DNA of 64,000 nt from Podarcis bocagei. Lineage: Eukaryota. Where the stretch lies: the NCBI GenBank assembly GCA_964188305.1, contig OZ076885.1. One strand, written 5' to 3'. The translations under genes and the position numbers were made by a program. The notes under the pieces are model-generated. The model ran no database searches, was not told the DNA's origin, and saw only the letters and a list, made by a program, of their open reading frames with translations. Positions 49,975 through 63,999 of the stretch are shown here, piece by piece; the stretch's first letter is position 1; each line of letters starts with the position of its first letter.

Positions 49975-51350
49975 GCGCATGGAGTGTAAACCCATCCAGA
50001 ACAAGCAACTGACCTATTTCCTGGACCTGGGAACCACTGACCCACAGCAACTGTTTCCAGCTCTGTTTATTTAGTCTTCATCCAGCCCACCACTCACAGC
50101 CATACCAACAGTTGGGTGTCCTCAGAGTATTAAAAACACTGCACTCCAAATCCCCTAATAACAAACAGCTCCCAACAGCTTCAGTTTATGGTAAAAAGAA
50201 GCAAGGTTACATTCCCTTTATGGTCTATGAATGTCTGCAGTTACACTACCACAAATATTGGGTCCAGGTTGCGCTTTATCATCAGTGGCTGTACCATGGT
50301 ACCTTCTTAAGGCTCTGGACATGAGACCCTCACAAAAAGCTGCATTAAGCACCCCTCGATCTAACCAGTCATACTCTTCTGACTAGATCTGAGCCAAGAG
50401 GGACAAGGATTGAGAGAGCTTGTAGTCAGCTGTGTTATTGCAAGCATTGTGGGTGGTAGTCAACTAAATTTTACTAAGAGTAGACCCACTGAAATTAATG
50501 TGCATGACTAAGGTCCATTAATTTCAACTGGTTTACTTTGCGTAAAACTTAGTTGAATACCACCCCTTGTCCATTTCATCAGGCCTCATCCACTAAAACT
50601 GATGCCACAAAAAAAGGGAAATATGTAATACTGGATGCTTCCCTATGAACAGTCGTAACTATGGTGTCAAAATGTTTGGAAGATGAGTGCCCTTATCCTC
50701 AAAATGTTGTGCAAACATTTCACAGTGCATCTTTACAAGCTCCCATGGGGTGTCCTCCATGGACAACAACCTCCATACCACCCTAAAGAGTTCTGCTGGA
50801 CAGCTGTTTGAGAATGCAGTAGAGATGGTAACGTCTTTTGCTGTCCCCTGCCAGATGGTAGGCACGATTATGTTCCCTAACTGGTGTTTGGACAGAACTT
50901 TCCACCAGCTGCACTATTGTTGTAATCCAGCCTGCTTCATTGCCTACAAGTTCACAGAATTTCAGGCAGCTCCACATCACCAGAGAGAACACTCAAGAGT
51001 AATCACAACTCTGGAGCTTTAAGTCTTGCTGTTCCACAATGCAAGAAGGGCCTTGACAAGATTGTCAGCTTTACCCAATGGAAAATCCTCCACAGCATTC
51101 GGGAATCCATCACATTCCCTAACTATCCGAGGATGGACCTGCAGGGGGAATGTGGCACCAAAAGCCACTAGGAAATAGTCCAACCATTACAGTGCAATTT
51201 CTCTAACTGCACCCTCCCCATTACTAGACCACCAGCCATGCCATCTGCATCAACGTCCAAACTGAGGGTATGTCCCACTCTATGTGCCAGGCCAATGCCA
51301 ACTTGAGATAGCCCCATGGTTGTCATGGAGGTTATGAAGTCCCAGCCCAT
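49975..51350 (-). mobile_element. Fragmented L2 LINE ORF2 (endonuclease end to RT), interrupted by insertions
   Basis: Collinear motifs FITSMTTMGLSQV..HRVGHTL, SNSCPAELFRVVWRLL..FAQHFEDK, TTSSLNPCPSW and LLWVSGSQVQEIGQLLVLDG. Confidence 0.8.
50451..50565. mobile_element. Hairpin MITE nested in L2
   Basis: GGGTGGTAGTCAACTAAATTTTAC...GTAAAACTTAGTTGAATACCACCC; nearly the whole element is palindromic. Confidence 0.85.
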
Positions 51351-53699
51351 TGCAGGCAACCTCTTTTCTGTGTTCAAGGACTTTCCACACTTACACCTAG
51401 CTTTCCTGTGCACCATAGACAAGTCCCACTTTTAGTATTCAAGGCACTCTAGATATTGTTAATTGGTCTCTTATTTCCCTATGCGGTGAAAATACACTGC
51501 CACCCAGAGCTAATTTTCAAGAAGAGGGAAGCTACAAACACAAGCAAAATAGGTCTGAGAGAGAGAGGGCTTGCTTCCATTTAAACACCAAATAGCCCAG
51601 TTATGCAAGCATATTCATAAGTAAGATCCACAAAGTTCAGTGGAATTTACTCATCGCCTTACACAGGAAGTACGGTATACATTCAAATTCTACTAATGAG
51701 TAGCAAGACATCAGGATCCATCTCTCAGTTGGATTGTAGCTTACTCAAAAAACCTTTGAGGCTTGGCTGAAGCACAAAATATCAAGCATGAACCCTTCTG
51801 CTAGTCACACTTTGAATATTGAGGGTGTTCAATATATTTTTAATATTACAAATTCTGTTTTAAAGGTGCCATCAAAATGGGAACATGGCGTTATCTAATG
51901 AACATAAGCCACGTTACATGAGTCATGGCCACAAGCTTAGATAACATTAGGAGGCTAAATGTGATAAATAAAGTGAGTTGAAACCTACCATGGCTTTAAA
52001 GAAGAGTAATAAAGTTACATTTTAGTGGCAATTAAGCCACATAACTTTTATATTTCAGATGAAGGTTTTTAATCTCCATTGCTCACTACAAAGCTACAGT
52101 TGACTGCTGCAGTCAAATGCAATGCATTTGAAACAAGAAATTAAAAATCATGAGCAACCAAAAGCATAAACTAAAACTGCAGGATTTTTTTATATTTAAG
52201 AAAGCCCCCCCATCCATAACACATTTCTATTACCATTAGGACTAGAAACATTTTTAAAATGCACTGAAAATCAGTTACTGAGTACAGTATTGCACTGAAG
52301 CTTTCTAGGCCACACAAGGGTAATGCCCACACTGTAACACAGATGATGATGATGACGACGATGATGATTTATTTATTCCCCAGCCGCTCTGGGATTTATA
52401 ACTTTAAAAAAGTGTCTGGAAGGAATGGGGTGGGGTGTGGGTGTGTACAAATGGTTAAATGATGATTACTGTGAATAAGCAAGTCTTTAACACTTGTAAT
52501 ATGTCATGTGAACACACTTTCAGAAAATATTTTATAAAAAGATACCATTGTGGGTTTTAGATAACTAGGAAATCCACCAAACCTTGTCTTCATCTCTTAT
52601 AAACCAATCTTTAAAGTTCTGTGTTTGTTAGCATGCTGGAGATGTAAATACCTAAATACTATAGGTGTGCATATAATTTATTAAATTAATATCCCACCCA
52701 TCCTCCCAAAGGAGTCCAGAACAGCAAGAACTTGGCCACTTGAAATGTTCAAGGGCAGGTATAATGGTGTTTACACTCTAAGTGTTTCTTTTTAATGGTA
52801 CTCACATGGTGGATACAATAGACTGAGAGGTGAGAAGTGGGGCTCTTAAATCTCCACAGCATGTGCCATAGTGACTTTAAAATGTTTTAATTTATTCCAC
52901 TTTTTACTTTGCCATATTCATTTTTCTTGGAAGCATATTACACAATGGAATAAAATACCCAACTGTACAAGAACATATTAAAATTAGCTCAAGGAACTCT
53001 TACAATGATTCTTGAAAATATTCAAGCTTGAACCAGGAAACCTCTAGGCTTAGAACTGTAGGGAAGCCACTGTAGAGCAAAACACATTGCATCCTATAAC
53101 ATAAGAGTTTTTAGCCCTTAAGACTTTCAAGATCAGCTTGAGCAGATATGGTCACAATTTTATTGCAAGCTCATTGTAAAGAGTGGCAGGGGATAAAATA
53201 ATTGCCAATGAAGTTTCAGAAGCCAGCACAGATTTTCCAGAGGTTGGATATTGGTGCTCCAGATAGTAATCCCAAGCTCTCTTACTAGGGAGCAAATTCC
53301 ATTGAACTGAACTGAATTATGAGCAAACATGTTTAAATTAGGACTGCATTGTGAATATCACAAACAAGCAGAAAAAGGCATTTGTGTTTAGCAGCCAAAA
53401 TACCATGCCACAGTTATTCAAGTTTACACTAAGAGAGCTACCATATTTATAGTGTCAGAATTCACATTCCACCCATCCCCTGAACAAAATTTTGCTATCG
53501 TTCTAAAGTATAGATGGTTAGATATTTCTGGACAAATCCCCATGTTAAATTTTTTTAAAGCAGATAGGTTTCTCCAGCTGGCAGATAGAATGGACGACAT
53601 GATACTGGAGGCCTAATTTGGTATCTAACAAGTAGGTATGCAGTCAGTAGTGCAGCTAACACCAACTGTTCCCTGCCCAATCCAAGGAAACAATCAATT

Positions 53700-53886
53700 T
53701 TTTAAAATTGTATTCATGCTTTCCCTTTCTTCCAATCAACTCAGTACAACGTATTTTGCTCTCCTCCTCCCCATTTTGTCCTCAAACCACTCTGGTAGGT
53801 TAGGCCAACAGAGTATGTGACTGGCCCAAGGGTTACCTAGCAAGAGTCATGGCTGAGTGGACCTGGGTCTAGCCAACACACTGGCT
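53700..53886 (-). mobile_element. MIR/Ther1-related (Squam3-like) SINE
   Basis: CTCCTCCTCCCATTTTGTCCTCA...GGTAGGTTAGGC...GTGACTGGCCCAAGG..ACC.AG...CATGGCTGAGTGG...CACACTGGCT. Confidence 0.75.
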
Positions 53887-56068
53887 AGCCAATGAAAAAT
53901 ATGAATATTATCTTGCTTAAGTGAATGAGATAGTGTTTCAAGCCATTGGTTGAGCAAGTTGTGCCATCAATGGAGGAGCAGCAACTCCCACAACACACAC
54001 ACAAAATCTATATATCCACACACACATGCATACTCTTATTAGCAACAATCAATAAAAAATTGAAAAATTGAAACAGGTTCTTTTGCTCAAATATTTGCAA
54101 TGATAATTAATTGGAGGAAAAAACAGTACTTAGGCTCAGCTCCCAGATGCCTGCTCTTTGTATAGCTGTCCTTCGACAAATCTGACCATTTAACATTACT
54201 TCACATGGCATTTTTGGGGTGGGAGTGGGGGTGTTATTCCAGATAAACATTAGAGTTCATTTCTTCCTCACAGTGAGCTAAAGAGCCAAAAGACTTATGT
54301 CCGACTTTGCTTTGAGTCTGTGTCAGAAAAAGAGCGAGAGAAAGAGATTACCAAATGTGTCTTGCCTGATGATAAACGTACTTGGTTTTGGCTAAAAGCA
54401 GTAATCATATCAGTATCCCTTGTTATGTCCAGCAAGTTTCTTCAGCATGGATTTGTCTTCAGAAGCACACTTCATGGGACTTTTATTAAGTCCATTTGAA
54501 AAGAGAGTAAGTTTTGGAGGGCAGAGTAACATTGCAAGGGGCAGCAGGATTGCCAGCTTACACTTGGCTTTTTGAGATGCAACATGAAAAAGGCACCTCT
54601 GCTTTTAATACACCAGCATGCTGGCTAATGCAGCTTTTCACATCGTAGTGCTAGAGTAGTAAAGAAAAAAGGAACCTGTAGAATATATCTTCCCCTTCCA
54701 TATTGCTATTAAACACAAAATGAGCCCCACCCTGCTAGAGATTTGGTAATTCTTCATGTATGGAACTACATTCCTCTACCACTCCAGCTGCACACCAATG
54801 TATAGATTTTTAAGTATGATAAAGTCAGCAAAGAAATGACTACTTAACAAATCCATCTATCTTTTGGAATTGAGGCTGCAATTTTATGAGCCCAACTGAA
54901 CTCCAGCAGGACTTACTTCCAAGTAAACATGCCTAGGATTGGATATAGATGATATTCTTTAAAAAGGAACATCATGTTCAAAATGAGAATGGGGGTGATA
55001 AAGCTTCTTGAAAAGGATACCTCAGTTAGTGTAATTGTACAACTGCTTGCAGCGTAACATGCAACGGCATAACTATAGCTAGCTAATTTTTAAATGCATG
55101 ATCACAGAGGTTTATTATTTGTCAGTATATCAAACTTATTTGCTCACAAATAATAAGACACTTCTTAAAACAAGTTAATAAGCCTAAACCTACTTTTTTG
55201 AAACAAATGTCTATGCACACACCAATATCTTAATTCACTGGCAATTTTTCTTTCACTATTATTTTTGTTAGAAGATTACTATTCTTCTCATTCTAAATAA
55301 TTCTGGAGTTGGAAAGCATTCTTTCTGTAGTTATTTTTAGGGGAGGGAAGGAACAAAAAGTTAAGAGATCAAAGCACTCCAATTTGAGAAGTGTGTCACT
55401 GATTTAATAAAATGATTATGAAAGATGCTTCTAGTTCAGAAACAAAAGCCAAAGTTTGGCCTTTGGAAACAAACAGCAAAACTAAAAGCACACATACCGT
55501 GTTGCTGTGTATACTTGCTTGCTATTCAACATATTTTACTTCAAACAAATTTTAGGACATACACCCCTCATTATATCCTGCAAACTTGGGAGTAAAATTC
55601 TTCCTTACACTGACAAAACCCAATTCAGTTTAAAGACAACCCAATAAAATTGAACAGGAATTTATTGGGCAACAATATCTTAAAATAAAGTTACGTTGCA
55701 TCAGAAGTTTCACCAAGGTTTAAATAGTGAATTAAAATACAAAATGTTTCAAAGGCACATAAATCAATCATTTCCCCAGACATATCCACTGCACAAACAT
55801 AAGTTAGCTTTAAAAACAACCACAACTACCAGCCCTTCTTAGTTCTTTAGATATCTGTGCAGCCAACAGTTCCATAAGGCTAAATAACTTTATTTACGTC
55901 ATGATGAAGAAAGTGAAAAATAAGAATCTAAGGAACAAGTCAAATCCTTCCCCAATATATGGGAAGGCTGTAGGACACTCCTACACTTGGAGTAGCAAAC
56001 ATAGAAGAGGAAAGTTATTGTCCTGGGGAACTAGATCATCCCAGTTTTTTACAAAGGTATATTAATGT

Positions 56069-56370
56069 GAGAGCCAGTGTGGTTTAGTGCAGGGATAGAC
56101 AAAATAGTGCCTTCAGATGTTGTTGGGCTTCCATCATCCCTGATCACTGGCCACACTAGCTGGGTCTGATGGGAGCTAGAATACAACTAGGGGGGCACCA
56201 CTTTGGCTACCTCTACTGCAGTGATTTCACCAGGACTGAGAAGACTCAAGCTCAAATCCCCGCTCTGCTACAAATCTACTGGGTGGCTGTGAAACTGTCT
56301 CTCAATCTGACACTCTTGAATAAAAAACTGCAGAATGATACTGTACACTATCACAAGTTCCTTGAAGAAA
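56069..56370 (+). mobile_element. MIR/Squam3-like SINE split by a hAT MITE (56090-56215)
   Basis: GAGAGCCAGTGTGGTTTAGTG, then CAGGGATAG...CAGATGTTGTTGG...GGGCACCACTTTGGCTACCTCTA, after which the SINE resumes (TCAAATCCCCGCTC.GC...ACTGGGTG). Confidence 0.7.
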
Positions 56371-57704
56371 GTACTAAATATGAAATGAATGAAACATTTA
56401 AATAATCCATACTCTTAAATCCAATACACTTTGCTGAAAGCTAAAACAATGTATTTTGAAAAAGTAACATTTTAACATAGACGTGTGTGTCATAAAAAAA
56501 ATCTTCCCATTGTTCAACCCCCATACAAAATGTTCTACTAATTATTCTACTATGAGTCATTCAATAAAAATAGCTGGAACTATGGAAAGGATCATGAAAC
56601 TGAAAAGTGAGTTGGGAAACCCTAATAAGCACGCATTCAAAACATGCTCCGTTGTAAGGATACATCCCGATGTAGGTCACTGAGAAGCACTTCATCTCGT
56701 AGTATCTTTTGAATTCTTCTGGTGGTGCTGCCCTGACTATTTGGTAAAACTAAAAGCCAACGAAATCTTTAAAATGTTTCCTCAAAATGTGATCCATCCT
56801 ACTAGCAAACACAATTGCTGTCACACATCAGAACACCTCCAGCTGAAAGCAACACGAGTTACAAGTGCTCTCCACTCTATAGCTTTATACATAGAGATAA
56901 TGAGCCAGTTAAATCCAAGCATTACGGCAGCCGAAGAATTTAGCAGGATTGATGAAAGAGTAACAAAGGAAAAGCAGGAGAAAGCTTACACAGTCTATAC
57001 TTTGCCACATACCACTGCATGGCATATAATTAGCAACAGTTCAAATTAATGGGGTTAATGAAACAAAGATCACAAGATGTTTCTTGTTCTTTCGTTTCTT
57101 CATTAGCCGTTTCAAATATAGATTTGCTTCAATAAGCTTTTGTGCTCAGATCACTTACTCTGGAGTAATCCCAATGATATTGATGGGCTGGCATCTATGC
57201 CAGTCAATAGGGTTTTTTAACAACAACAAAAAGTGCATTTAAATCCCCCCCCCCACTTCATTATATTGAAGGCAATTATACACAAATACTTTCATTTGTG
57301 AAAAAGCATTTGCTTGCTGATTACCATTACAAGACATTTTGTGGAATGTAATTCACCAATATTTGCAATACAATTCTCATATTAAGGTGCTATTTCAGGG
57401 TCTTTTTTTCTTTACTAAACAGTCCAATTCAGAGACTTCCTACATGTCCTTGATTTGGACTCAATATATATTCACTCAGTAACTTCTTTTCATAACAAAA
57501 ATGCTTAAAATGCCTATATAGGAATTCAGTCTTATATTCCCACTCCTGTCTCCTTCTGTGTCTTGAACAGCAGCTTAGCATAGAAAGCAAACAGGTTTCC
57601 TGGCACAGAGATAAAGTGATCAGAAAAGATTTACAGGCTAGATTTCTGTAGTTTCAGGCTGCTCTTAAAGGCACAATGCAGGTAATTAGATGGCAATTGT
57701 CACA

Positions 57705-57850
57705 GCCCATTCCTATTTGTGCGTACACAAAGTTCCATGGCACTTACTTGAGAGTAAATGTTCATAGTACTGCAGTCCTGTGCACACTTACTCGTAAGTA
57801 AGTCCATTTGAATGCACTGGGGTTTGCTGCTGACTAAACACACTGTACAT
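57705..57850. mobile_element. Tandem short palindromic MITEs; related copies near 38805, 53268, 54875, 58770 and 60310
   Basis: Recurring ATCCTA(T/C)...TTACTC.GAAGTAAGTCC...AGTAA..GT..ATAGGATTG motif. Confidence 0.5.
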
Positions 57851-60800
57851 GCCCATGTCCCATTCAATTATTTACTTTAAAGCAAGCATATGAATTAAAA
57901 TGCTTGACTAAAATCCATGCTGCTAGATTCAGCAAAAATAGTTATTTGTAGAGACACAGAAGATAAATATATATAGTCAAATGCGCGCACACTCTCTCTC
58001 TCACACACACATAACATTTTCCTTTTTTCAGACACACTTTGCTTAGACTACCACAGGTGCATGTGCCAGAAGTAAATTTGTATTCACATTACAAACCCAA
58101 TGGATAAGTAATTTAATTTTTATAGCTTTCTCTACGGAACATGGCTCACAAATGCCAACAACAAGGAATTCAAAACAGGATCAATTCTTTTCCCTTCTTG
58201 GAAACAATCTTATAAGTGTCCAAGTACTCGACAACATGAAAGAATATTGTTGCTTCTCTGAGCTCTTTTGATATCTCTCTCTGCATGGTGGAGCTGTTCA
58301 CGAGTGATGGAGAAATCTCTTTTGAAAATAAATGGCACCTCTTCAAGTGTGTTCAGATTCATCCTGGCTGGACCTTCAGTTATAACTTGAAAAGGATGCT
58401 TGATTTTTAAATTTGTTTTAGGTATCAAATTGTGATGCCTGTAACAATCTTCAAACCTGATTCTTGCAGCACCGACTTTATGAGTTTCCCCCATGTCAAC
58501 ACAGAAGGCAGAAAGTAATGAGAGTGGTGAGGAGAGGTAATGGGAGAAAGGAAGAGAGGATGGGGTTAGGCAATTGTTGCTGAACATCCCAACAAACTAA
58601 AGTTCACACTTCAGATGAGACATACTGAAAAGGTTAATGCTACTGCACTTAATGGTTTCTTCACATCCATAAGCATAGCTGTCACCACATACTTACACAG
58701 AGCACTAATCACTTCACAAGAGTTGAAGCACTGGTACAAATTGTAGTGCACAGGAGTATGTTACCCACATGCAGCCTGATCCTACACATGCATACACGCA
58801 CTTACTCAGTAAGCACGCAGATTACTACAACATCACTCTTTCTTCTGGCCTTTAAGGATACCTAAGAATTACACATAAACAGGTCCCCAACTCATACAAA
58901 AGAAAAATGCAGTATATTAAGATGCTGAGCTTTGGAAAATAAACCTGGAGAGAATTAAAATGCTGATTTTAGCCACATTTAAAACATTTTTTTTTAAAAA
59001 AATCATTAGAGAAAATTTTAAAAAATCAAGAGACAAGTTCAAATGTTAGCTGTGCAGTTGTCATAAGACTACTATGATTGCGGCTTCACTTCTAACTGGG
59101 TACAGAATTGCAGTCCGGTTTCTTCCATAGCCAATATTAACCATAAGCTTTACATCAATGTTTATTGCCAAAACTGTATTTGGATGTATTAAATACAAAC
59201 AATGGACAGGAGAGTTGAATTAAATATATTATTTTGAAGGTGATGTAGGTTTAAAAAGAGAAAGGAGGCAATGTAGTTTTGTGTGTAAATAAATTTAAGT
59301 GGGTACAAATAGGCACAGAAGAGATCCAATATGACCCATTGTTCATTCTGATATGGAAAGAGGTATCAATGTCTTTTTGCAATAATCTTTTTAGGATACA
59401 GTATTTCATTTACAGTACATTGTACAGTTATTTCTTAAACTGCACTTGAAAACAATCAGTTAAATTCTCAGTTAATAATGTAAATTAAGGTAATATCCTT
59501 CAAGGATATGCTTATAGAATTTACACTGTTTAATGACAAAAACAAATGATAAACTGGTAGCAACAAATGTTGTTTTTAAACAAATATTAATAAAACAGAT
59601 TGTCACTAAAGAAAAATAGCTACATTAGTTCTGCACTTCAGGGGGCAAAATCATTTCCACTTTAAATAAAATTTAGCCTTGAAATTAAATGTGCTATAAT
59701 GAAGCATCTCACAGGTACCATTTACTGACATTGCCAGAACAAGAAGCTGCCTGTCATTGTTCTTCTAGCGCCTTGATATCTAGGTACCCTCATGAAGTTA
59801 TGTTGATGAAGAGAATTCTAATTTGCTTTAGAGAAGGATAAAGTTCCTACTCCTATAAGAACTTATTTTTGGGAGGATACCCACTGATTTTTTCCTAGAA
59901 TGACAGAATTCATTGTGTTTTAGGACTTTTATTCTCACTGGTTAATCAACAGGTGTTTTCATATTTGCTGTTGTAGAACTAGCAAACACAAGCTTACGCT
60001 GCTTTTCAAATAATATGTTCCAAGCCCCTCTTCCTACAAAAATGCTGACATATCTAATTTTAATTTGACCTTCCTTGGAAGTTTCGCCGTCACTCACACT
60101 GTGTGGTAGGCTGACTATATAGACTTCCATTTTTACCCAGCTTCCAGCTTCTCACCACTATATTTTGAAGGACAGAAGTTTAAAAAATGAAAAGCTAGGC
60201 TGTTTGTGTATATCCGATAGTACAGCTAATGCTCATAATTAACACTGCAGCATGAATTTTACACCTGGAAGATATCCTTGTGTATTTTTGTGGGGGTTGG
60301 CGGCTTATCACAATCCTATGCATGTCTACTTAGAGGTAAATGCAATTTAGTTAAATTATCAGGTAAGTGGGTATAGGTTTGTCTAATAATAAAAGGATGC
60401 TAGACCCCCTGCTACACTTAAAGCTCCCAGATGTTTCCCATAAGATATATCAGTTTTCACTTTAAAAGGTAGCATTTCTAGCAAAGAGTTTAATAACCTG
60501 TAACTATAACCATGGTGTACAATCAGGAATTTAAAAGCATGGGGGGGGGGGGAGAGAGAATCTGCTACAAAATAAAAACTAACTAAATTCTACATCTTTT
60601 ACTACCAAAATGTAATTGGAATAAGATGACTCTCAATTAGCCCACTGTGCTGCTTTTGCCAACTATTACCATGTCTTTCCCAAGCTCAAAAGAAGTATGT
60701 TGATTTATTAGTAGATGTACATAAAAAATAATAGAATAAAAGTTAGTCCATTATTACCAACTTGGATTATTTTGTTTGGGTTGGGTTGGGTTGCGTTGTG

Positions 60801-60879
60801 TAAAGAAAGGCAAGTTCATATTTAATGTTTCTTGTTAACTTTAAATCCTTTGCTTATTAATGGCTGTGGGGGGGGAGAG

Positions 60880-61400
60880 AGAGAGAGGGGAGAAGGAGGT
60901 AAACACGCTGATGAAATACTTTATCATGCTGATTGACAGAAAAAAATGCTCCATTACTTCACAAAATGCCCGTATAACAATAAATCATGATGAAATTCCA
61001 GTTAATTAAATAAACATTAGTCAATAAACCTGGCGCTTTTTGTAAAGTTATACAATGCAAACTTAAGTTCTTATAAAGCGTATGTTAACTGGGGGCAAAG
61101 AGCCAAATATTTTCCTTTATCGGATCTAAAAACGCTAGATGAGACTAGCAGATTAAAAACATGCAAGGGAGTTTCCTACATACAGCTATCATGCTGATTT
61201 TGTATCATTAAAATGGCTCCCAAACAAGCAGATTAACTGATTAATTGATGATTAAGACTGCAGGAAGATCAGACATTACACCCAAATACTTCTTGCATGC
61301 ACACACAGAGCTAACTAATTGACAGCTACACACGCATCAGAATGATCAGTCTCCCAAAGCAATATTTTAAAGCACGCATAAACCCCTCTTTCAGCATTTT
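60880..61400. promoter_or_regulatory. Candidate conserved non-coding enhancer
   Basis: Repeat-free block with PBX/MEIS TGATTGACAG (60930-60939), TAATTGACAG, multiple TAATTA/TGATTAAT and retained CpGs. Confidence 0.45.
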
Positions 61401-63965
61401 CATGCACAATGAACAATTATATTTCGAAGTTCAAGTTCTGCAACCTAAAGCACTAAAAGAATGAAAGGGTGGGGGGGAATTCTTCAGTACACTGTTATCA
61501 ATAAATAAACTTTTGAAATTAATCATGTGATCATAAAAACAAGCAATAGAACATAAATATAACCTCAGTGTTAATGCAAGGCACTCACAGAATATATTCT
61601 GAGCCAACATGCACTAGAAAATAGTAGGAATAAAGCTCTCATGCTGAATTGCTACCATCAGAAAGAACTTGGAGAAAAGTTCCTTGATGTATCAGATATA
61701 CTGATGATGGGGGCCATGTATTCCATCCTCTGCTATGTTTATATGGATGGTACCTGAAGCCAATGCTTATTACCAATGGTAAATACCATATTGTGTGTCA
61801 CATAACTGACACACATCCCACACTTTCTCCAATACAGCTGGTTACTGTTGTATAAATCTCTTTTGTCTGGGGGTAAGGAATGATGACTGGGCACCAAGTT
61901 TGTATAGTAATCACATCTTGTTTCAAATATCACACATTAATAAAGCTTTCATAATAATGCAACAGACACAACTCATTAGCAAATCTAACACCCAAAGTCC
62001 TATTGCATTTTTGCTGAGATCTGGTCCAAACTGTCCACAAATAGCACTTGTTTTTCAGTAAGGACAGAGGAGTGCTAAAAAATGCCTGATTTCAAGGAAT
62101 ACTTCATTCTCTTATTAACAAAAAACGGTCTGGCAAAGAAAATTCAGAACTTCTCTGAAAGTCCAGCGAAAATTCACCTATATTGTGGTTTTCTAAAATG
62201 GTATTTTTGACATGAGTTATCTATAGCTATGTATCCTTGTCTAGGATACAAACGCTTACAGTAAGAATCCACATGCAGTGCACTTGTCAAAGAGAAGGTG
62301 GAAAGGGCAAAGATGTTCTTAACATGTCTCCTGATGTGGTACAAAGTAATGCCCAATTTCTTGCATAAATACCAGCACTGGAAAGATTTCCCCGATAAAG
62401 AGCTAATGACAAATACAACAAAAAGCAGATTTATCAGAGGTTAGAAATCTGGGATTAATTTTCACTGTCTAAACCTTGCAACTGTCACATGGAAAACAAA
62501 CTTACGAATGTATTTCATCCCATCAAGTCCCCCAGATGAAATATATTCCTAAAGATGCAATGCAGGGAAGCACACACACAAAAATAAAGCCTGAACCACA
62601 AACATTAAAGCGCAAAAGCAACAGACTAACTGTTTGAAGTTTTAGTCTTAAAATATACATCTATATCATAGGGAAAATATCAGATACAGCCTTATGTTAA
62701 ACAACTCAAAACCAAAAGTGTAAAGAGGATCTGCTGACTCTCTTTTTTCTTAAAAAATTCTTTCTGGGAGTGACAAACACAGAAGTCCATTTTTATTTTT
62801 ATTTTGCAGATGAGGAGGGGGAGTCAATTCAAAGCAGCTTCCCCAACTCAGACCTAACTTTTCCCCCCTTGGAGCATCATCATGACAAGTGGCTGCTTGA
62901 TAGATGTTCCCCTTGATAAACGACTTGTTCAAAAGAGACACAGTAGCTTTCATTTCCTGACCACAACACACTTTTAATTTGCAACAGCAGAACTGCTGGA
63001 GTGTGACTCAGTCCTACTCTCCAGCTTTTCAGGGTTCTGCTCCTGACAGGCCACATCACTGGGCAAAACAACAACTAGGTGCATTCACTAACAACAATCA
63101 CTGCATCATGTTATATACCCCTCCCCGAAAACTCGGCCGCTTTCAAAATCACTCTGCTGGTCAAGATATTCTACTAGGAAATTGAGAAGTAGAGGTGGGG
63201 GTGGAGAGAAGGAGAAGAGGGCAGACCCAGAGGGGTTGGGGGGGGGAGAGAATAAAGTGCACAAGTGCCATACAATATACAAAGCAATGTCACCCAACCA
63301 TGATTACTGTGTATTACTACTATTAGAATTATCATCATCATCATCATCCAGGAATTGCATTTAAACAGTGGCCACCATCCACCCCATCCAATTTCAGCCC
63401 TCAGCACACTATCCAATTCCCGATTTAAAATTTATAAATGTAATATCCTCATCACAAGCAGCAGGTCCAATCTGCTGTGAATATATATTACAGCTTTAAC
63501 ATCACAGAGGGAAATCTCCCATCTGGCAATCACATTCGCTCCAACAGCTCTAGGAAATAAAAGCGGGGGGGGGGGGGGCAGGGAGAGAAGAGAAAGAGAA
63601 AGCCGTGTCTTCCTGCTCTCTCCCCCCTCCCCCTTAAAAACATGTCTCAGGGCAAATTATGTGCATCTAAAATAAACAGTTGCTGTATTGATCGCCTTAA
63701 AGTCAACAAGTTCCAAATGCAAAATAAATAAATAATAATAATCAGATAATCATCCCTATTGTAACAGCGGCTCAGGGTTACTTTGGAGAGATATAGGCAC
63801 CTACTAGCATCAGCCTAGGAGTGGACATTTGGCACTCAAGCTTTGCTTTGGATTCAGGTTTGTTAGGAAAGATCAGTGGTCACGTACTTAAGCTGACCAT
63901 GAGGTTTTGCTCTGTCCTTATTTGCTTCTCCCACAGACTAGTAAAAGTGAGACAATTCGCTGTCC

Positions 63966-63999
63966 TTCTGTCACCCCACAAATTCTGTCACCCCACAAA
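63966..63999 (+). repeat. 17-bp perfect tandem duplication TTCTGTCACCCCACAAA x2 (may continue beyond the window)
   Basis: Read directly from the sequence. Confidence 0.9.

Noticed and set aside
62810-62916. Plus-strand acceptor TTTTATTTTGCAG followed by DEEGESIQSS...
   Set aside because: It reaches a stop with no good donor, has no homology and is opposite to the other candidate exons.
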